64,000 bases of DNA from Chrysemys picta bellii. Taxonomy: Eukaryota. Below are positions 1-12,875 of the stretch, piece by piece. The notes beneath the pieces are model-generated. The model was not told the DNA's origin, searched no databases, and was given only the letters and a program-made list of their open reading frames with translations. A program made the translations under genes and the position numbers. Positions within the stretch are counted from its first letter, which is position 1. Every line of letters starts with the position of its first letter. The stretch spans positions 95,294,001 to 95,358,000 of the forward strand of contig NC_088798.1 in assembly GCF_011386835.1 (NCBI RefSeq), given 5' to 3'.

Positions 1-563
1 TGATATGACACCTACATACCACAGTGAGGGGTACATTATACATGCACAGAAAGATCTAGGAATGAAATATAATTGCAAAGAATTCTTCGATCCTGCTTGA
101 TTAGCAAGACACACAATGCAAGTCAGTGAACCAAGCTTTCATGCTATTATACCTCTCATCCACTTCCCCTACCATCTACCCAAGTAGCAATGATCTCTTC
201 TATTCTTCCTCACAATCCCAATGCTGATGGCGTTAGCCTCCAGTTCTGCAATTCCTTTATTGCTGCCTTCCTACATATTTATACCAGACTCACCACTGTG
301 ATATCTGAGCACCTATATATGAAAATGAACTGTTCCAACAACAGGGGGGAAAAAAATCCCTCAAAGGCATACCATATTTCAAATCATATCTGAAAACATT
401 TTATTCTTTTGCCTACATCTCAAAATTTCTCTCATTTGTATTTTAACTTTGTAACTAGCTATATAATTAAGTGAAAAAATAATTGGGGGGAGGGGCTTGC
501 AAGAAAAATGCTATACATATGGAGCTTGTATTGTGTTTGAGGGCATATATCGTGAATACGTAC

Positions 564-694
564 CGGTTAAAGCATGGGGAGGATGCATCATTGAAGTGCT
601 TATATGGGTTCGCCCTAGACAGAGAACCCATACAAAGCCAGCAAAAGTACTGCCTGCAGCCAGTGCATGTCATCTTGTTACAACCATCTAGTTT
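564..694 (-). CDS. RNF14: RNF14-type E3 ligase, coding exon 6 (RING2 with catalytic Cys); last exon seen in window
   Basis: 131 nt, cag|AAA...CG|gtacgt; KLDGCNKMTCTGCRQYFCWLCMGSLSRANPYKHFNDASSPCFNR; ends in phase 2; final exon not recognisable in window. Confidence 0.95.
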
Positions 695-2176
695 CTGGTG
701 GGGGAACAAACAGGGAATAGTAGTAAGAATCAACCATATCTCATGTCACTTCTAAGCCTTCAAACCTGCCTTTGTGCAACATCAGCAATCAGTATGCGAC
801 AAACGATAGAAATGTGTATTTTCAGAAATGGAACATCTGTACAGTTTTTTACTACATGTCACACCATCTTTGACAGACTACAAAAATTTTAAACTATGAA
901 AGATTATTTTATAGGCTGTTTACCCACTGTATGAATAAACGAACAATTTTATTCAAAAGAAATAACTTTTCATCACCAGTTATTTCATTCAACAATAAGG
1001 TCACCAGCTGGGCCTGAGCGCTGGATCTTCAGATCCCCAGCACAGATCTCTGCCTACTTGAATTATAGGAGTAATTATCCTCCATGTGGACTAGCCACTA
1101 AAGGGGGGAGCTAAGTTACCTAAGACAATTATGCCAGACAGGTACACAGCTATTTGTTAGACAGCAGTATAATACTACATCAGGATTTCTGGGTTCTATC
1201 TCTGACTCTGGAAAGGGACTGGCATGTACTGGTTAGATAGGATAATCAAAATACCTAGTTTTGGCATATTAGCCTGAAAAGCAATGTTGCATAGTGGATA
1301 AAACTTGATTGTGCTATATTACAGACCTCTGTTTTCTTCCCAATTCTCCTTGAAGTGACTTTGGATAATCTGTTAATTTATTTGCACAATGGGAGATGAA
1401 TACTTGACTGCCTTCTAGGGTTGGGATACAAGGCCATGGTCAATAACAGTATTTCCATTCATTTCAGATTTTAACAGCAATCAGGAGAGGTGAGGTTTGA
1501 AATTATGATCTTTTGGCTCTCAGCTCAGTACACTTTTGCCTAGTTTACGGAATATTTGGTAGCAAGAGAATCTCCCTGGTGTCTGCGGAATACTGCCTGC
1601 CTTGTGGTAGAGGGAGCCTGATTCAACCAAAACAGAAAACAGACCATAAAATCTAGTATCCTTGTGAGGTCTGTTGCATGTCCTCACTTCAATCTGGTTT
1701 CAGGAGATGTGTACCCACAGGAGGAGTTTCTTCTTACTGTAATGCCAACTGCTTCTGCTGGCTGCAGAAGTGAGGACAAGCTCTATTACAAGTGTAAGTC
1801 TACAATATTGGTGAATGTCGTTTCCTGTTTGTGAACCAGTAGCCTGTGTCACAGAAGCTTTATTTGGCTGCATTACTAAACACACTGGAAACCTCACTTT
1901 TTCCTGAACTGTTTGCTGGCAATTACCCAGCACCTGGGGAACTACTGATGAATACCTTTAAAAACTGAAAATACCTACTTTTTATTAAATGTAACACTCA
2001 AAAGTAAGACTAGAGTAGCCAGCAGCAGGGATGAGGCACAAATGGAATCATACGGACCCTACAAATGAAAGTCCTAATTCCCTGGCACTGGTCCCCATAG
2101 TGAATCGCATTAGCAACATAGGACAGTAACAATTAAGAACAAATGTGATTCTCCAAGTTTGGCCCAATACACTCAC

Positions 2177-2349
2177 CTCTATATGAGTGCCACAACAAGG
2201 GCAGGCCTTTGAGTTCTTTTCTAGCCATTCTTTACTTTCCATCTCCTCAAGCACTTTCTTAATCACTCCTTTGCCATGGCGCTGCTCCAAAAATATTTTA
2301 GTGGCCTCATCTGCTTCTTGGTACTCATTACGCAAATCCATTAGCTTTT
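2177..2349 (-). CDS. RNF14: RNF14 coding exon 5 (linker and start of RING2)
   Basis: 173 nt, tag|AA...GAG|gtgagt; EKLMDLRNEYQEADEATKIFLEQRHGKGVIKKVLEEMESKEWLEKNSKACPCCGTHIE. Confidence 0.95.
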
Positions 2350-2699
2350 CTAAGGAGTGAAATAAAGACACAGAAAAACACATTAACCTTACATACCACA
2401 CTGCATATGGAAGTCACACTCTTAGCTAAGCCAACGAGCCAAACTCATTGTAAACATAATTCAGGAGATTCCAAAGATTGCAAGGGTCAAGAGGATTCCA
2501 ATAACTTTGATAGGAGAATGAGGCAGCAACAGCCACCCAGAAGTTCAACCCAGCTGCTGATACTAGTATAATCTACCACTTCTCAGCTGTGGAAACTCCA
2601 GGACCACAAAACAGAACACACCAGGGACAAGTACTTTATACTTTTTAAAAAAACATGTTATGTTTGAGATTCTCAAACATAGTACAAGGAACATCTTGT

Positions 2700-3260
2700 T
2701 ATTTCATAAATATCTGCTCAATATGCAGCTTCAGTTAAAAAAGCAACAAAATGGTAGGATGCATGAGGAACAGAATGAAAGTTTATATTGAAAATATTGC
2801 AATTCCATCATATGAATCACCTTCGCTGGGAATGCTGTGTTCTAGTCACCCTACCTCAAAAAACTTAAAGTGGAAATAAAAGGTCTGTGACCAAAACAAT
2901 TACAGGCACGGAGGGAAAAAAATCATACGACATGAGACTGAAAAGATTCGGATTGTTTAGTTCAGAGGGGAGAAAAATAAGAGTGTACACGATAAAGGTA
3001 TACAGAATGAACAGTAGAAAGAAGGTAGATTGGACACTTGTATTTACCCTCTCTTGTAATAAGGACTGTCAAAATTGAAATAGGTAGCATATTAAAAATT
3101 GATGCAAGGAAATATTTTTTGCTAACACCATACATTTAGTGGAACTCTATCACAAGACATCAAGGCCAAATGCTCAACAAGATTTAAAAAAAGGAATGGA
3201 CATTTATATAGCTAATATCTTGAGTTACATTAGTATGGATTTTAAAATGTCTGGAATATA
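2700..3260 (+). mobile_element. Decayed CR1 LINE 3' fragment
   Basis: Resembles the CR1 ORF2 C-terminus and 3' UTR (LKRFGLFSSEGRKIR; ggaaatattttttgctaacacc); boundaries approximate. Confidence 0.55.
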
Positions 3261-3795
3261 AACCCTCATGCTTCATGGCATATGGGTAAACTCCTCAAAG
3301 GCTGGAAGAAACTTCCTGTGGACATGTTATTCCATAAATGTCCACTTTAGGGTTTCTTGCACCTACCCTCAAGCATCTGCTACCAGTCACTGTGGGAAAC
3401 CGGAATGTATCCTGTGTATCATATTTCCCTCTAAGTTATCAATAATAATTTTGTTTTTAAAAACCTCAAGATATACAAATGGGTATAGTGAGCAACTACA
3501 ATGCCATAACCATTGTCCTTCTTAACTGTGTCATTTGTTCATCTAACTTGTTGCAGCATGTCTAGACATTCAACTGTAAACTCTTCAGGGCAGAGGCCAG
3601 CTCTTCAACTACATTTAACCTCTCATCCTCATTACACAGAGTCCCACCACACAGACGGAGGTGTCAACTCACTTCCCCCTTACTATAGCAGATACAGAAG
3701 TAGAAATGTTTCTGAGTATCTACTTAATGTCACTGTATTCTACAATGAAAGCTGCAATTCACTTTGTGTTCCATTTCCAAAACAGTGCAACTCAC

Positions 3796-4024
3796 CTGCA
3801 GTGACTTTACATGGAGAGACTCCATGATAAGTCATTTTACAGAGGGTACAGAAAGCATAGTTGCAACTGGAACATATGCCCATGGTGCAACCTGGCTCTT
3901 GCATCACTGGAGTCTGACAGCATGGACGAGGACAATATACCACGTCTGCCATCAAGTCCAAGCTGGACTGCAGAAGTAGGCGGTCATAACGTGCAAACAA
4001 CTCCTCTCCAACCAGTTCCTTAAC
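3796..4024 (-). CDS. RNF14: RNF14 coding exon 4 (IBR domain)
   Basis: 229 nt, tag|GTT...GCA G|gtgagt; VKELVGEELFARYDRLLLQSSLDLMADVVYCPRPCCQTP...CSSCNYAFCTLCKMTYHGVSPCKVTA. Confidence 0.95.
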
Positions 4025-4558
4025 CTAAACAAAGATCAAACAACATTATATTTGCTAGATTCAGATGTTCAATCTATTAGCTCTGGTAGAAAAAACTTTA
4101 GGACACGAGTACCAACAACTAGTTTGAATTTGCTTTAGCACATTTTAAACATGACTCTCATTCTGATCAGGAGATTACTGCAACAATCAGAGAGAAAGTA
4201 TACAAGCTATTGATGATACTCTCATTAAATCTGCAGCTTCTTTGCATGGTCACCTTAAATATTCTGAAGAACAGATTCACTAGCAATTCAAATCCTTGGC
4301 ACTGACAGTTTAGAGTCCCATAGTGAAAACAATTAGCACAGTAAGTGGGATCATATTAATTCAAATCGGTGTTCAAGACATCTGAAACTAATAGTGGGCA
4401 AAAAATTTTAACTCAGGAGCATGTAAGTGGCCTCTGGGTAGCATGAAAAAACTCTGTGCTTTAATTACTATGGTTTGAGCAAAAATCAATTATATACAAT
4501 TCAGCTTTATTAGTAAGCTAGAGGTGTGCATGCATTGATTATATACTTCTGCTATTAC

Positions 4559-5086
4559 CTGGCCAGGAGTAGCAACAGAAGAACACTTTGGTTCTGGACA
4601 GCTGAGGCAGTGGACCTGACCATCCCTGATCTGAATTTCGAAGTAGTCCTTTAAACAGGATTTGCAGTATATATGCCTGCACTCCATGAAGTACATACAG
4701 TCACTACCCAACTTCTCAGAAAAACAGATGCTGCACAAGAACATCTTACTGTTAAAGCATTTTTTCTGCTGAGCCTGATCAAAATCCAAGATTTCCCTTA
4801 TCAGACTTGACAGAGACTCCACATCCTGTATAGCTCTTTCATCAAGGATTTCTTCTTGTGCTGTTGCAGCACCTGCTGCGCCACAACCATCCAGCTCAGA
4901 GTTCAGAGGAAACAGAGATGTCCTGCTCTGCCCATTTTCTTGATGGCACATTTTTAGTTCATACGGGGAGGTGATGTTCAGGTAAGCTAGTGTTTCTTCC
5001 TTAAGAAACTGCATCCAGGCAAACAAGACCACACAGCCTCGGTTCTCTTCCCACAAGTTGTCTAAGTGCTTGCAAAGTGCAGTAAG
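4559..5086 (-). CDS. RNF14: RNF14 coding exon 3 (end of RWD, RING1)
   Basis: 528 nt, tag|CTT...CAG|gtaata; LTALCKHLDNLWEENRG...CSICFSEKLGSDCMYFMECRHIYCKSC...CPEPKCSSVATPGQ. Confidence 0.95.
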
Positions 5087-8000
5087 CTAGAAAAGAAAAG
5101 TTTGAGCTTAGAACCCAAAAAGAACAGCTCCATCTTCCAGCAACTCCTGACTCATCTTAGAACAATTTCCCTCTAATATGGTAGCTTCAGATTTCAAATT
5201 TAGGCCATGAACTAATTTAGTTTAACAGGGTCTTTGTTGTTTGTACACATTGGGAAATAATAAGAGAGCATCACTTTACATCCTCACCTGATCACTTGCT
5301 AACCTCCAAAGCATAAATCCTCAGTCTACACCTTACGCTAGACAGAAAAACTCAACTGCATTACAAAATATTAGAAAGTATTGCAAGTAATTGTTAAGAA
5401 ATGTAGATTTAGAAATAAAAATCATATGATGTGATAAGTAACTTAGATAACAGTTCTATATGCTTTACTGTACAGATTAAATAACATTTGCTTCAAGGTG
5501 ACCTAGCTACAATATTTTTAAAATATATGTCTGGTGCCCGGCCTTTTTATGTTTAAAGAAAGCCTGAATAGTTTGTTTTCAAGTCTCTCTCCTGATGGAT
5601 TTTCCCTCAGAAATATCAGAATGTCAGGTCTTGTCTTCCCTATTTTTAATTGAGGACTCAACTATACATTGGGCAGGATTTCTGGTTTTTTTTTTTTTTT
5701 TTTTTTTTGAGTCCTTAGTTGTCAGGGTGCTCAATCTTAAATATACCTTTCCTTCCAATTGCTCCCTGCATGTCTGAATTAAATACGTACATAGAACAGA
5801 AGTTTTAAACAGTCAGTTAAAATCACTCCCCTTCTTAAATCAATTTTCACTTGCTTGATAATCTGATATCCAAATTTTCCATTGGTCCACAGAATCTTCC
5901 AGGAAAGATGGGGTAGGACAAAGCCTCAATTTCAAAAGTAAAACACATACAGGAAAAACTAATTTTGAATAATATCTTGCCATCTTCATAAATCATAAGG
6001 CAGAAAAAATGGACACCTAATTTCCCACCAGCTTTGCAGTCACGTTTAAACTTATAAATTAAAAGCCACCTGTAGCATAATCAGAACTCATTTCCTTTCA
6101 AGTGAATAGGTAAGAACACTAATTACTGCCAGACCTATATACTGATCTAGATATTTTGGGTTACAGGAGGAAGTTATTTTTAGTGAACAACAAAAACAAA
6201 GTAACTATGATGCATATTTACAATCTCAACTTTGAAGTTCTGAGGTTAATGAAAGAAGTCAGCCTCGTTATTCTGACTGGACTAAATGTAGCACATTTGG
6301 AAGTCAATTCAAGCTTCAGCCAACTACTCACCTCTGGTTTTACGTATAATGCTTTAAGTGTTTTATCATCTGATGTACTTTAATGGTGTTATTTAAAACA
6401 TTAAAATCTGTATATACACAATAGATATTACATGCCTGCACTAATTCATAGAGCATTTGCCTTTGGGGCTTTCATTATCAAACACTGAACACATTCTAAT
6501 GTTGTGTACTGGAATAGACATCTTCTTTGTACCAGAGACTTCCCCCTCTTCTACTTTTGCCTGACTTGCAGTGAACTTTTAGTATTCCAGTTTTATATAA
6601 TTACCTTAGTAATTTAAACACAGTTAGGATATGAGTATTCTGCTTATCTTGCAACTAGCTTTATTTGTTTTGAGTGTTAGTTCACTAGCAGCAGTGCACT
6701 TTGAAGACAGTCTGAACTCTTGGCCAATTAGCACGTTCCCATTCATAATCTTTAGTTTGTCTCTTCCAAATTATACTAACCAATCACTGCTCATGCATTG
6801 AAACAGCTCATGTTACAATTACTGTATATTAATTCAGACAATGATTATTGCTGTTTCAGTAAAAAAGTCAAGTTAACTCAAATGTGATCACCTCACCTGA
6901 GTGCACATTTCCCAAAGACTAAAAGCCGGACATGTTAGTTGGATGATGTTTTCTCTGAAAAAGTCTAATCTATGGAAAGAAACTGATTCTCTATCTTCCT
7001 CCCTGATCTCTTATACAGCAGGCTATAGAAGGAAAATAAATGTTAACTTTAATAACTCAAAGTATAATTTACAAAGGGACACCCCTCCACATACCAAGGT
7101 TTGTGTTGCTCTTACTAAATTCTCCACTGCTCAGCAATGAACTCTAGGTGCTCAGTCTATTAGTTGCATGATCAGGCACAATGTTTTGATCACAATATTC
7201 ACTGGAATTATTTGTACACTGACTACCACAATGGAGCTGGCCTGTAGATGCTACTGTAATACAATAATAGCATACAAGAAATAAAGGCCTATGCAACTGA
7301 AATTTTAGTTCATTTATGGGAAAAAATCTAGATGACATGCTTCTTTCATATAAACTCACTGCTGCACAGCAAAGAATGTAACAGATATAGCTGCATGTTA
7401 GACAATTTTTATTCAAGGAATACCAGCTATTTTGCAAATACACAGCAACATTAGAAATAGCTAATGCAATAATAAAGAGTTCAATTGGAAGTATCCAGAT
7501 GTGTTATACCCACTGTACCCAAACATAATGGATGCATTCTTCCACCTATGAAATGATATGGGTTGTTGTCCTGTATAATCTCACTATCTAATGCAGGTTT
7601 TTGGTTTGTGTAATTTTTTAAAAAAATGTATACACCTCATACACAGTTAGTTCTGATAATGTGTTTTTGAATAAGCAAATTTAAAATGCTTTAAAGTTAC
7701 ATTATTTTTATAATCCAATTGCTCTCTTTCTTGCAAGTTTGAAATTGAAGTGTCCTCAGTGAATACTGCTCTCTATCCACACATGCATCCTGGATTGTTA
7801 TTTTTGGATTGCTCACAAATGCTGGGTTAATAGCATCACATGTTTACTAACATCAGAAAAGGCAGGTTAAATTCTGGGGCTATCAATCCTAACAGCATCT
7901 CTTTAATCTAGTATTGCCTTTATCAGCCTTTGGACCTCAAGATCTTTAGCTGCTATTGACAGAGCTATGTCTCTCTCCAGAGATTTTAAAAATACAATGC

Positions 8001-8304
8001 ACTTATGTGTTCTTTCACTAAAAATTTTTGTTCTTCAAGAAAATATTTTACAATATCTTACTCTTAAATAGTAAAAAAAAGTATTTCAAGAAGAACGAGT
8101 ATACATTAATACCTGCCCTTCTTAAATGGTGGAAGGCACCTGAGTCTCATGACACACAATACAAAAGATTTTCAGATATAGGCTGTATTTGCACAGCACA
8201 GTATATACATATTCACATGTACCTACTCTATAATGCACAGGATATAAGCAGAGATGAAACAGGACATCGAATCGCTATGATTGGGATTTTCAAAAGTGCC
8301 TAAA

Positions 8305-8485
8305 GGCCAGATTTCCAAATAGGTGCCAATAGACGCAGATAAGCACCCAGTAAGATTTACAAAAGCACCTAAAGCAAGTTAGGTGCCTAATACCCATTGA
8401 AATCAATGGGAGTTAATCACCTAGGCACTTCTAAAAATACCACTATGCATCTCTCTGCATCTTTAGTACCTTTAAAATTCTGGCC
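8305..8485. mobile_element. Short palindromic MITE-like repeat (ggccagattt...aaattctggcc)
   Basis: Inverted termini; internal cccattgaaatcaatggg palindrome also seen near 11750, 15590 and 58600. Confidence 0.5.
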
Positions 8486-8972
8486 ATAAGTGACTTAGGA
8501 ACAGTCACATTTTCAAAAATGACTTCAGCACTTAAGAGCCTATGTTTCTTTGACAGTCAATGGGACTTAGGCTCCTAAGTCACTTAAATGCTTTAAAAAA
8601 TTTTACCCTAAATTTTACCCAAATAGAATTTAGCAGCCTAAATTCTATTGATTTTCTGAGACTTGTGCACCTAAGTAATTAAGATACTTTTGAAAATCCC
8701 ATCCTTTATCCTTAAGAATCTTGCAGCATGAAGAGAAAAAGACTGTTGGCAAAGGGCGCCAATAAAAACTACTTCTTATACAATTCATTAGAAGTATGTA
8801 TTACACTTCATGACGCTAATTGTTTCCTCCAACAACCTGGATGTTAAAAGCGAAGTTCTATGCAACTATTCCTTCACCTGCTGCATTTACAACTATTAGA
8901 GTATTAATTATAAAGAATTTTTTTTATCATCCTGAAAGGTACAAGAAGTGTCAAAAAGATTTTAAACCAAAC

Positions 8973-9124
8973 CTGGGTCTGGGAGAGCCACTTGCTGCTG
9001 AGTGTGAACACAGGCGAAGAGGCTGATGGGTAATCTGGTGGGAGTTCAAAATTCAATACAAGTGGAGGCAGAAAGCAAATTGTGTATTCAAATCCACTGT
9101 TCTGAAGACACTCTGTGGGACTTC
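8973..9124 (-). CDS. RNF14: RNF14 coding exon 2 (RWD domain)
   Basis: 152 nt, cag|GA...CAG|gtttgg; SPTECLQNSGFEYTICFLPPLVLNFELPPDYPSASSPVFTLSSKWLSQTQ. Confidence 0.95.
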
Positions 9125-10568
9125 CTGAACCAAAGACAATTGATTGATACAAGTTGAGAGAAAGATCAATAGAACTATGATTATAGGTGTTGCAGCCTAA
9201 TGAAGTTTAACTGTAAAATAAAGTTTCCAAGAAACCTCTTTTCATTTGATAAGTCTGAGTAAACCAGTTAAACTAAAAATTTAAGTAAACAATGTGCCTT
9301 TTTAGTGCTATAACATTTCATAAACAGTTGTGTGCTGGAGGCTGAATCAGTGAATATTGACTTTGCTAGTACTATGATCTGTCAGATAAATCACAAACCA
9401 GATAGTCTGGAAAGGCAAATCCTCAAGAATAAGGGTAAATATACTTTGTTGTTCTAAGAACAAGAAAAGGAACAAGCCTCTCTAATTCTGATAATTTATC
9501 ATTGACAGTTTTCCTTAGAGAAAATGCAAATTCATATTTCAGAGGTCTTTCCAGAGACGGGAGTGTCTAGTGGACAGAGCACAGCATTGTGGATCTGTCA
9601 CTGTTTCAATGTACCATCTTGGGCAAACAACAGTTAATAGGTAAACTGAACCAGAGGCACTTCTGATGGAGTTAATAACCACTTCACAGATTGGGAAGCT
9701 TAAAAGGACACAATTAATTTGAAAAATAGTCAAATTAAAAACGGAGTTAAAGGTAATTTCAAGTTCCTCTGCCAAATGTTTAAAAGTGTGGGTTTGTTAT
9801 TTGTTACCTGTGTTGCTGAGTTTGACCCATACAAACAAGAGAAACTGAATGACTGCATATGGGAACCAAGGAAGCCAGTTACACATGCACAATGGTGTCA
9901 AATAAACAAACTAAATCACCTGAACAAATACAAAATAATATTTTATTGAAACAGTTATACTAATGCTCGGTGTTACCTGTAACAGTATGCAATTTTTTTT
10001 TCCAAAGAGAAGTATCATTTTTAAATTGACAGTGTTTTTTAACTAATATTTCAAAACAGAGTCCCAGGCACTACAGAAATGCAAAAGCACACCAGATGGA
10101 CATGAAAATAACCCTTAAAGACGTAGACTAGTTTGCTCCAAGGGTCCCCGATGGTCTAATGAATGCTCAATTCACACAAAAATATTCCAACTTTAATTTA
10201 AAATATTTTAGAAAAAAAAAAAGTATTTTTAAACACTACAGATGAATTCTCCTTAGCAAGTAATTTGAACAAACCATTAAAAATTCTATTCTAGGAAGCT
10301 ACTATATTTGAAATTTAGAAGTCCACCCTCTTTAGTTTTGATCTTTAAGAATGATATGCAAATACTTAAAGCAAGAATAACATTGTGAAGTTATAGGTAT
10401 GAGTGATACCCATCCCAGCTGTAATTTGTGATAAATTGTTCATGACTCAAAGTTCTAAGAAGAGAAAATGAAGAATGTTTGGGTAACCATCTTTGGAACA
10501 CACGTAGGAAAATACAGACTATTTTAATAAAACCTAATTTCAAGATAATGCAAAACATCTGGACTCAC

Positions 10569-10722
10569 CACTCACAAATATTTTGAAGTTTTGGGGCAAC
10601 TCCAGACAAATTCTTGTTTCTCCTCCTTGGGCAGAGTCTGCCCTCTTAAATTCATCTTCATCATAAATACTAGCTAGAGCCAGCAGCTCATCCTCCTGAG
10701 CTTCCTTATCTTCTGAAGACAT
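10569..10722 (-). CDS. RNF14: RNF14 coding exon 1 (start codon, RWD N-terminus)
   Basis: 154 nt; MSSEDKEAQEDELLALASIYDEDEFKRADSAQGGETRICLELPQNFKIFVS G|gtgagt; acceptor ctgcag 9 nt upstream of the ATG implies an upstream non-coding exon. Confidence 0.95.
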
Positions 10723-12622
10723 TTAACTTCTCTGCAGAATTAAGAAAACCAACCAACAAATCAGTTAGGACTAAACAGAAAAGTCAAACGGTCTGTTAAT
10801 GTATATATTTAATGTTATTGGAATCAAATTTAGAAGAAACAATAAAACATGAAAACACTACCAAACATAAGTACTCTTTCTTCAGGTTAAAGAACCTGCA
10901 CATGTTCTATCATTTGTTGGCAATTTTAAAGTTATAAAAAATGGTTCTCTTCAAAATGTTGATAATGAGAGACCAACCCTGAGAAAGTCAGAGGCTGAAG
11001 AACACTGTAGAATGAAATATGCAATGGAGTGTTAATAGTATCAAGTTGGCACTTTGTTAATGCTTGAGATGGAAACCACAGACCAAAGAAGGGACAAAGA
11101 CAGGAGTGGGAAAGGAAGTAGTAACAGTATAGCTCTCTTTCAGTACACTGACTATCACCTACCAGGTACATCTAAAAATATAGTTTGATTACAATTATTT
11201 CAAATGACAAGCAAGAACACACGGACCTCAAACAGACATCATGTTGGTGCATTTCTATACCGTTTCAGTAAACAATTTAAAGGAGCTCTTTTAAAAAAAT
11301 CTTTGTAATTTCATTACCTTTTCAGTTACAATTGCAAAACAGTAGCAACTAGAGTTGCAGGTACTGTTAGTGACCCTGCACAGCCACGTTAGTAAGGCCA
11401 GGGCACAGACACTGCTCATTCTTCAGAAGGAACTGGGAGTCACAAGTTTTTTCTGTGGGAAAGCAAGAAGACTGTAGGTTCTGTTGCCAGGGCAGGCATG
11501 GTGATGAAGCTCAGTATTTGTCTGCTGCCTATAACAAAAAATTAGAGGGATTAAAATCCTCTCAGCATTTCCATTATGAGCTGCTATCATCAACTGTTTC
11601 ACTCAAGTGAGCCTTGGCATGCACACTCAATGACATAGAGGTTTTTTGTTTGTTTGTTTTTAAAGTTTCCATAGTACACATCTCAATGATGTATGTTAGC
11701 CCTGATCTTGCAATTGGATCTATTAGTGCAGACCCCTGGGCTGAGCACAGTCCTACTGAAGTCAATGGGGTTCCATGCTAGTGGATCCAATTGCAGGATT
11801 GGGGGCTTACCTTATTACAGCTCAGAAAAACTGCTCACTGGTAAATAGTGATGGGTTGGAGGAGATCTGTTTCAAACCATTTGAAGTTATCCATGAGATT
11901 CAAATGAGTAAATAATACTTTTGAAAAAAGTCCATTCTTATACACTTCTATTTTTGTAAATATAACCAAGAAAGGTGCATTTAAAAAACAAACAAAAAAA
12001 ACAGAGAGATACAAGTCCAATTCAAACTCTTACACACTAGGAAACTCAGAGTTTTAATTATGTAAATCTGAAATCACTCCTTTCCTTTAACATATCACTG
12101 TGCCTAGCATATAAAGAACTCTGCTAACTCTCACTCGGCTAATGCAACAGAATGACAATTCTCCGAAGGACCTGCATGCTTCCCTCTCACCATGCTTCCA
12201 AACAAAACAAATAATACATAGTTTAAGCTACAACTCTCAAAAGTGATGATTAAAGTACATTTTGTGATACAATGCCCTTGATTTCACGACTTGTTTACTT
12301 ATTAATTTGCAAAGGAGCTTTCAATCATCAGTACAAATTAGTGAAGTTCAGCTGTAAAAGACTGACTGTGTCTTTCTAGTCTCATGCTATGCCTACATTG
12401 CAACCAGAGGCATAATTTACATCTTGTGTAGACGTATCCAGGCTAGCTTTAATCTAACTATCTTACTTAAGAAAGTAGCAAAGACGTAGTGGTCTGGGCT
12501 GTTGAAGCCCACTGTGGTCTCCAGGCTATATACTTGCACTAGTAGCCCACACTGACATGTCTCTGCTGCTATGTTACACAAGCCGAAAATTACACCTTGG
12601 TTGCAGTGTAGATATAATCTCA

Positions 12623-12857
12623 GGCCTGGTTTACACAAAAACATTAGATCAACCTAGCTACAGTGCTGTGCTGCAAGAAGTTACATATTCTGAGGACTAT
12701 GGCTATGTTAACTGAAGAATTCTTCTGTTGACCTAGCTATAACCTCTGAGTGGGAATTAACTACACCAACAAAAAAATTCAATTGTAGGAAGCGTCTACA
12801 CTAGAGTGGCGCAGCGGCAGCACTGTAGCTGTGCCACTGTAAAGCAAACATGGCCTC
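12623..12857. mobile_element. PIF/Harbinger-type MITE (decayed)
   Basis: ggcctggtttacac left end; internal gaagaattcttc shared with the copies at 44.1 and 47.5 kb. Confidence 0.55.
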
Positions 12858-12875
12858 CAGCTCCTGCAACACTTA

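Noticed and set aside
209-270. Possible RNF14 terminal exon (tag|G AAG GCA...TGA, giving RKAAIKELQNWRLTPSALGL*)
   Set aside because: No resemblance to the acidic RNF14 C-terminus and a purine-rich acceptor; the true last exon is probably outside the window
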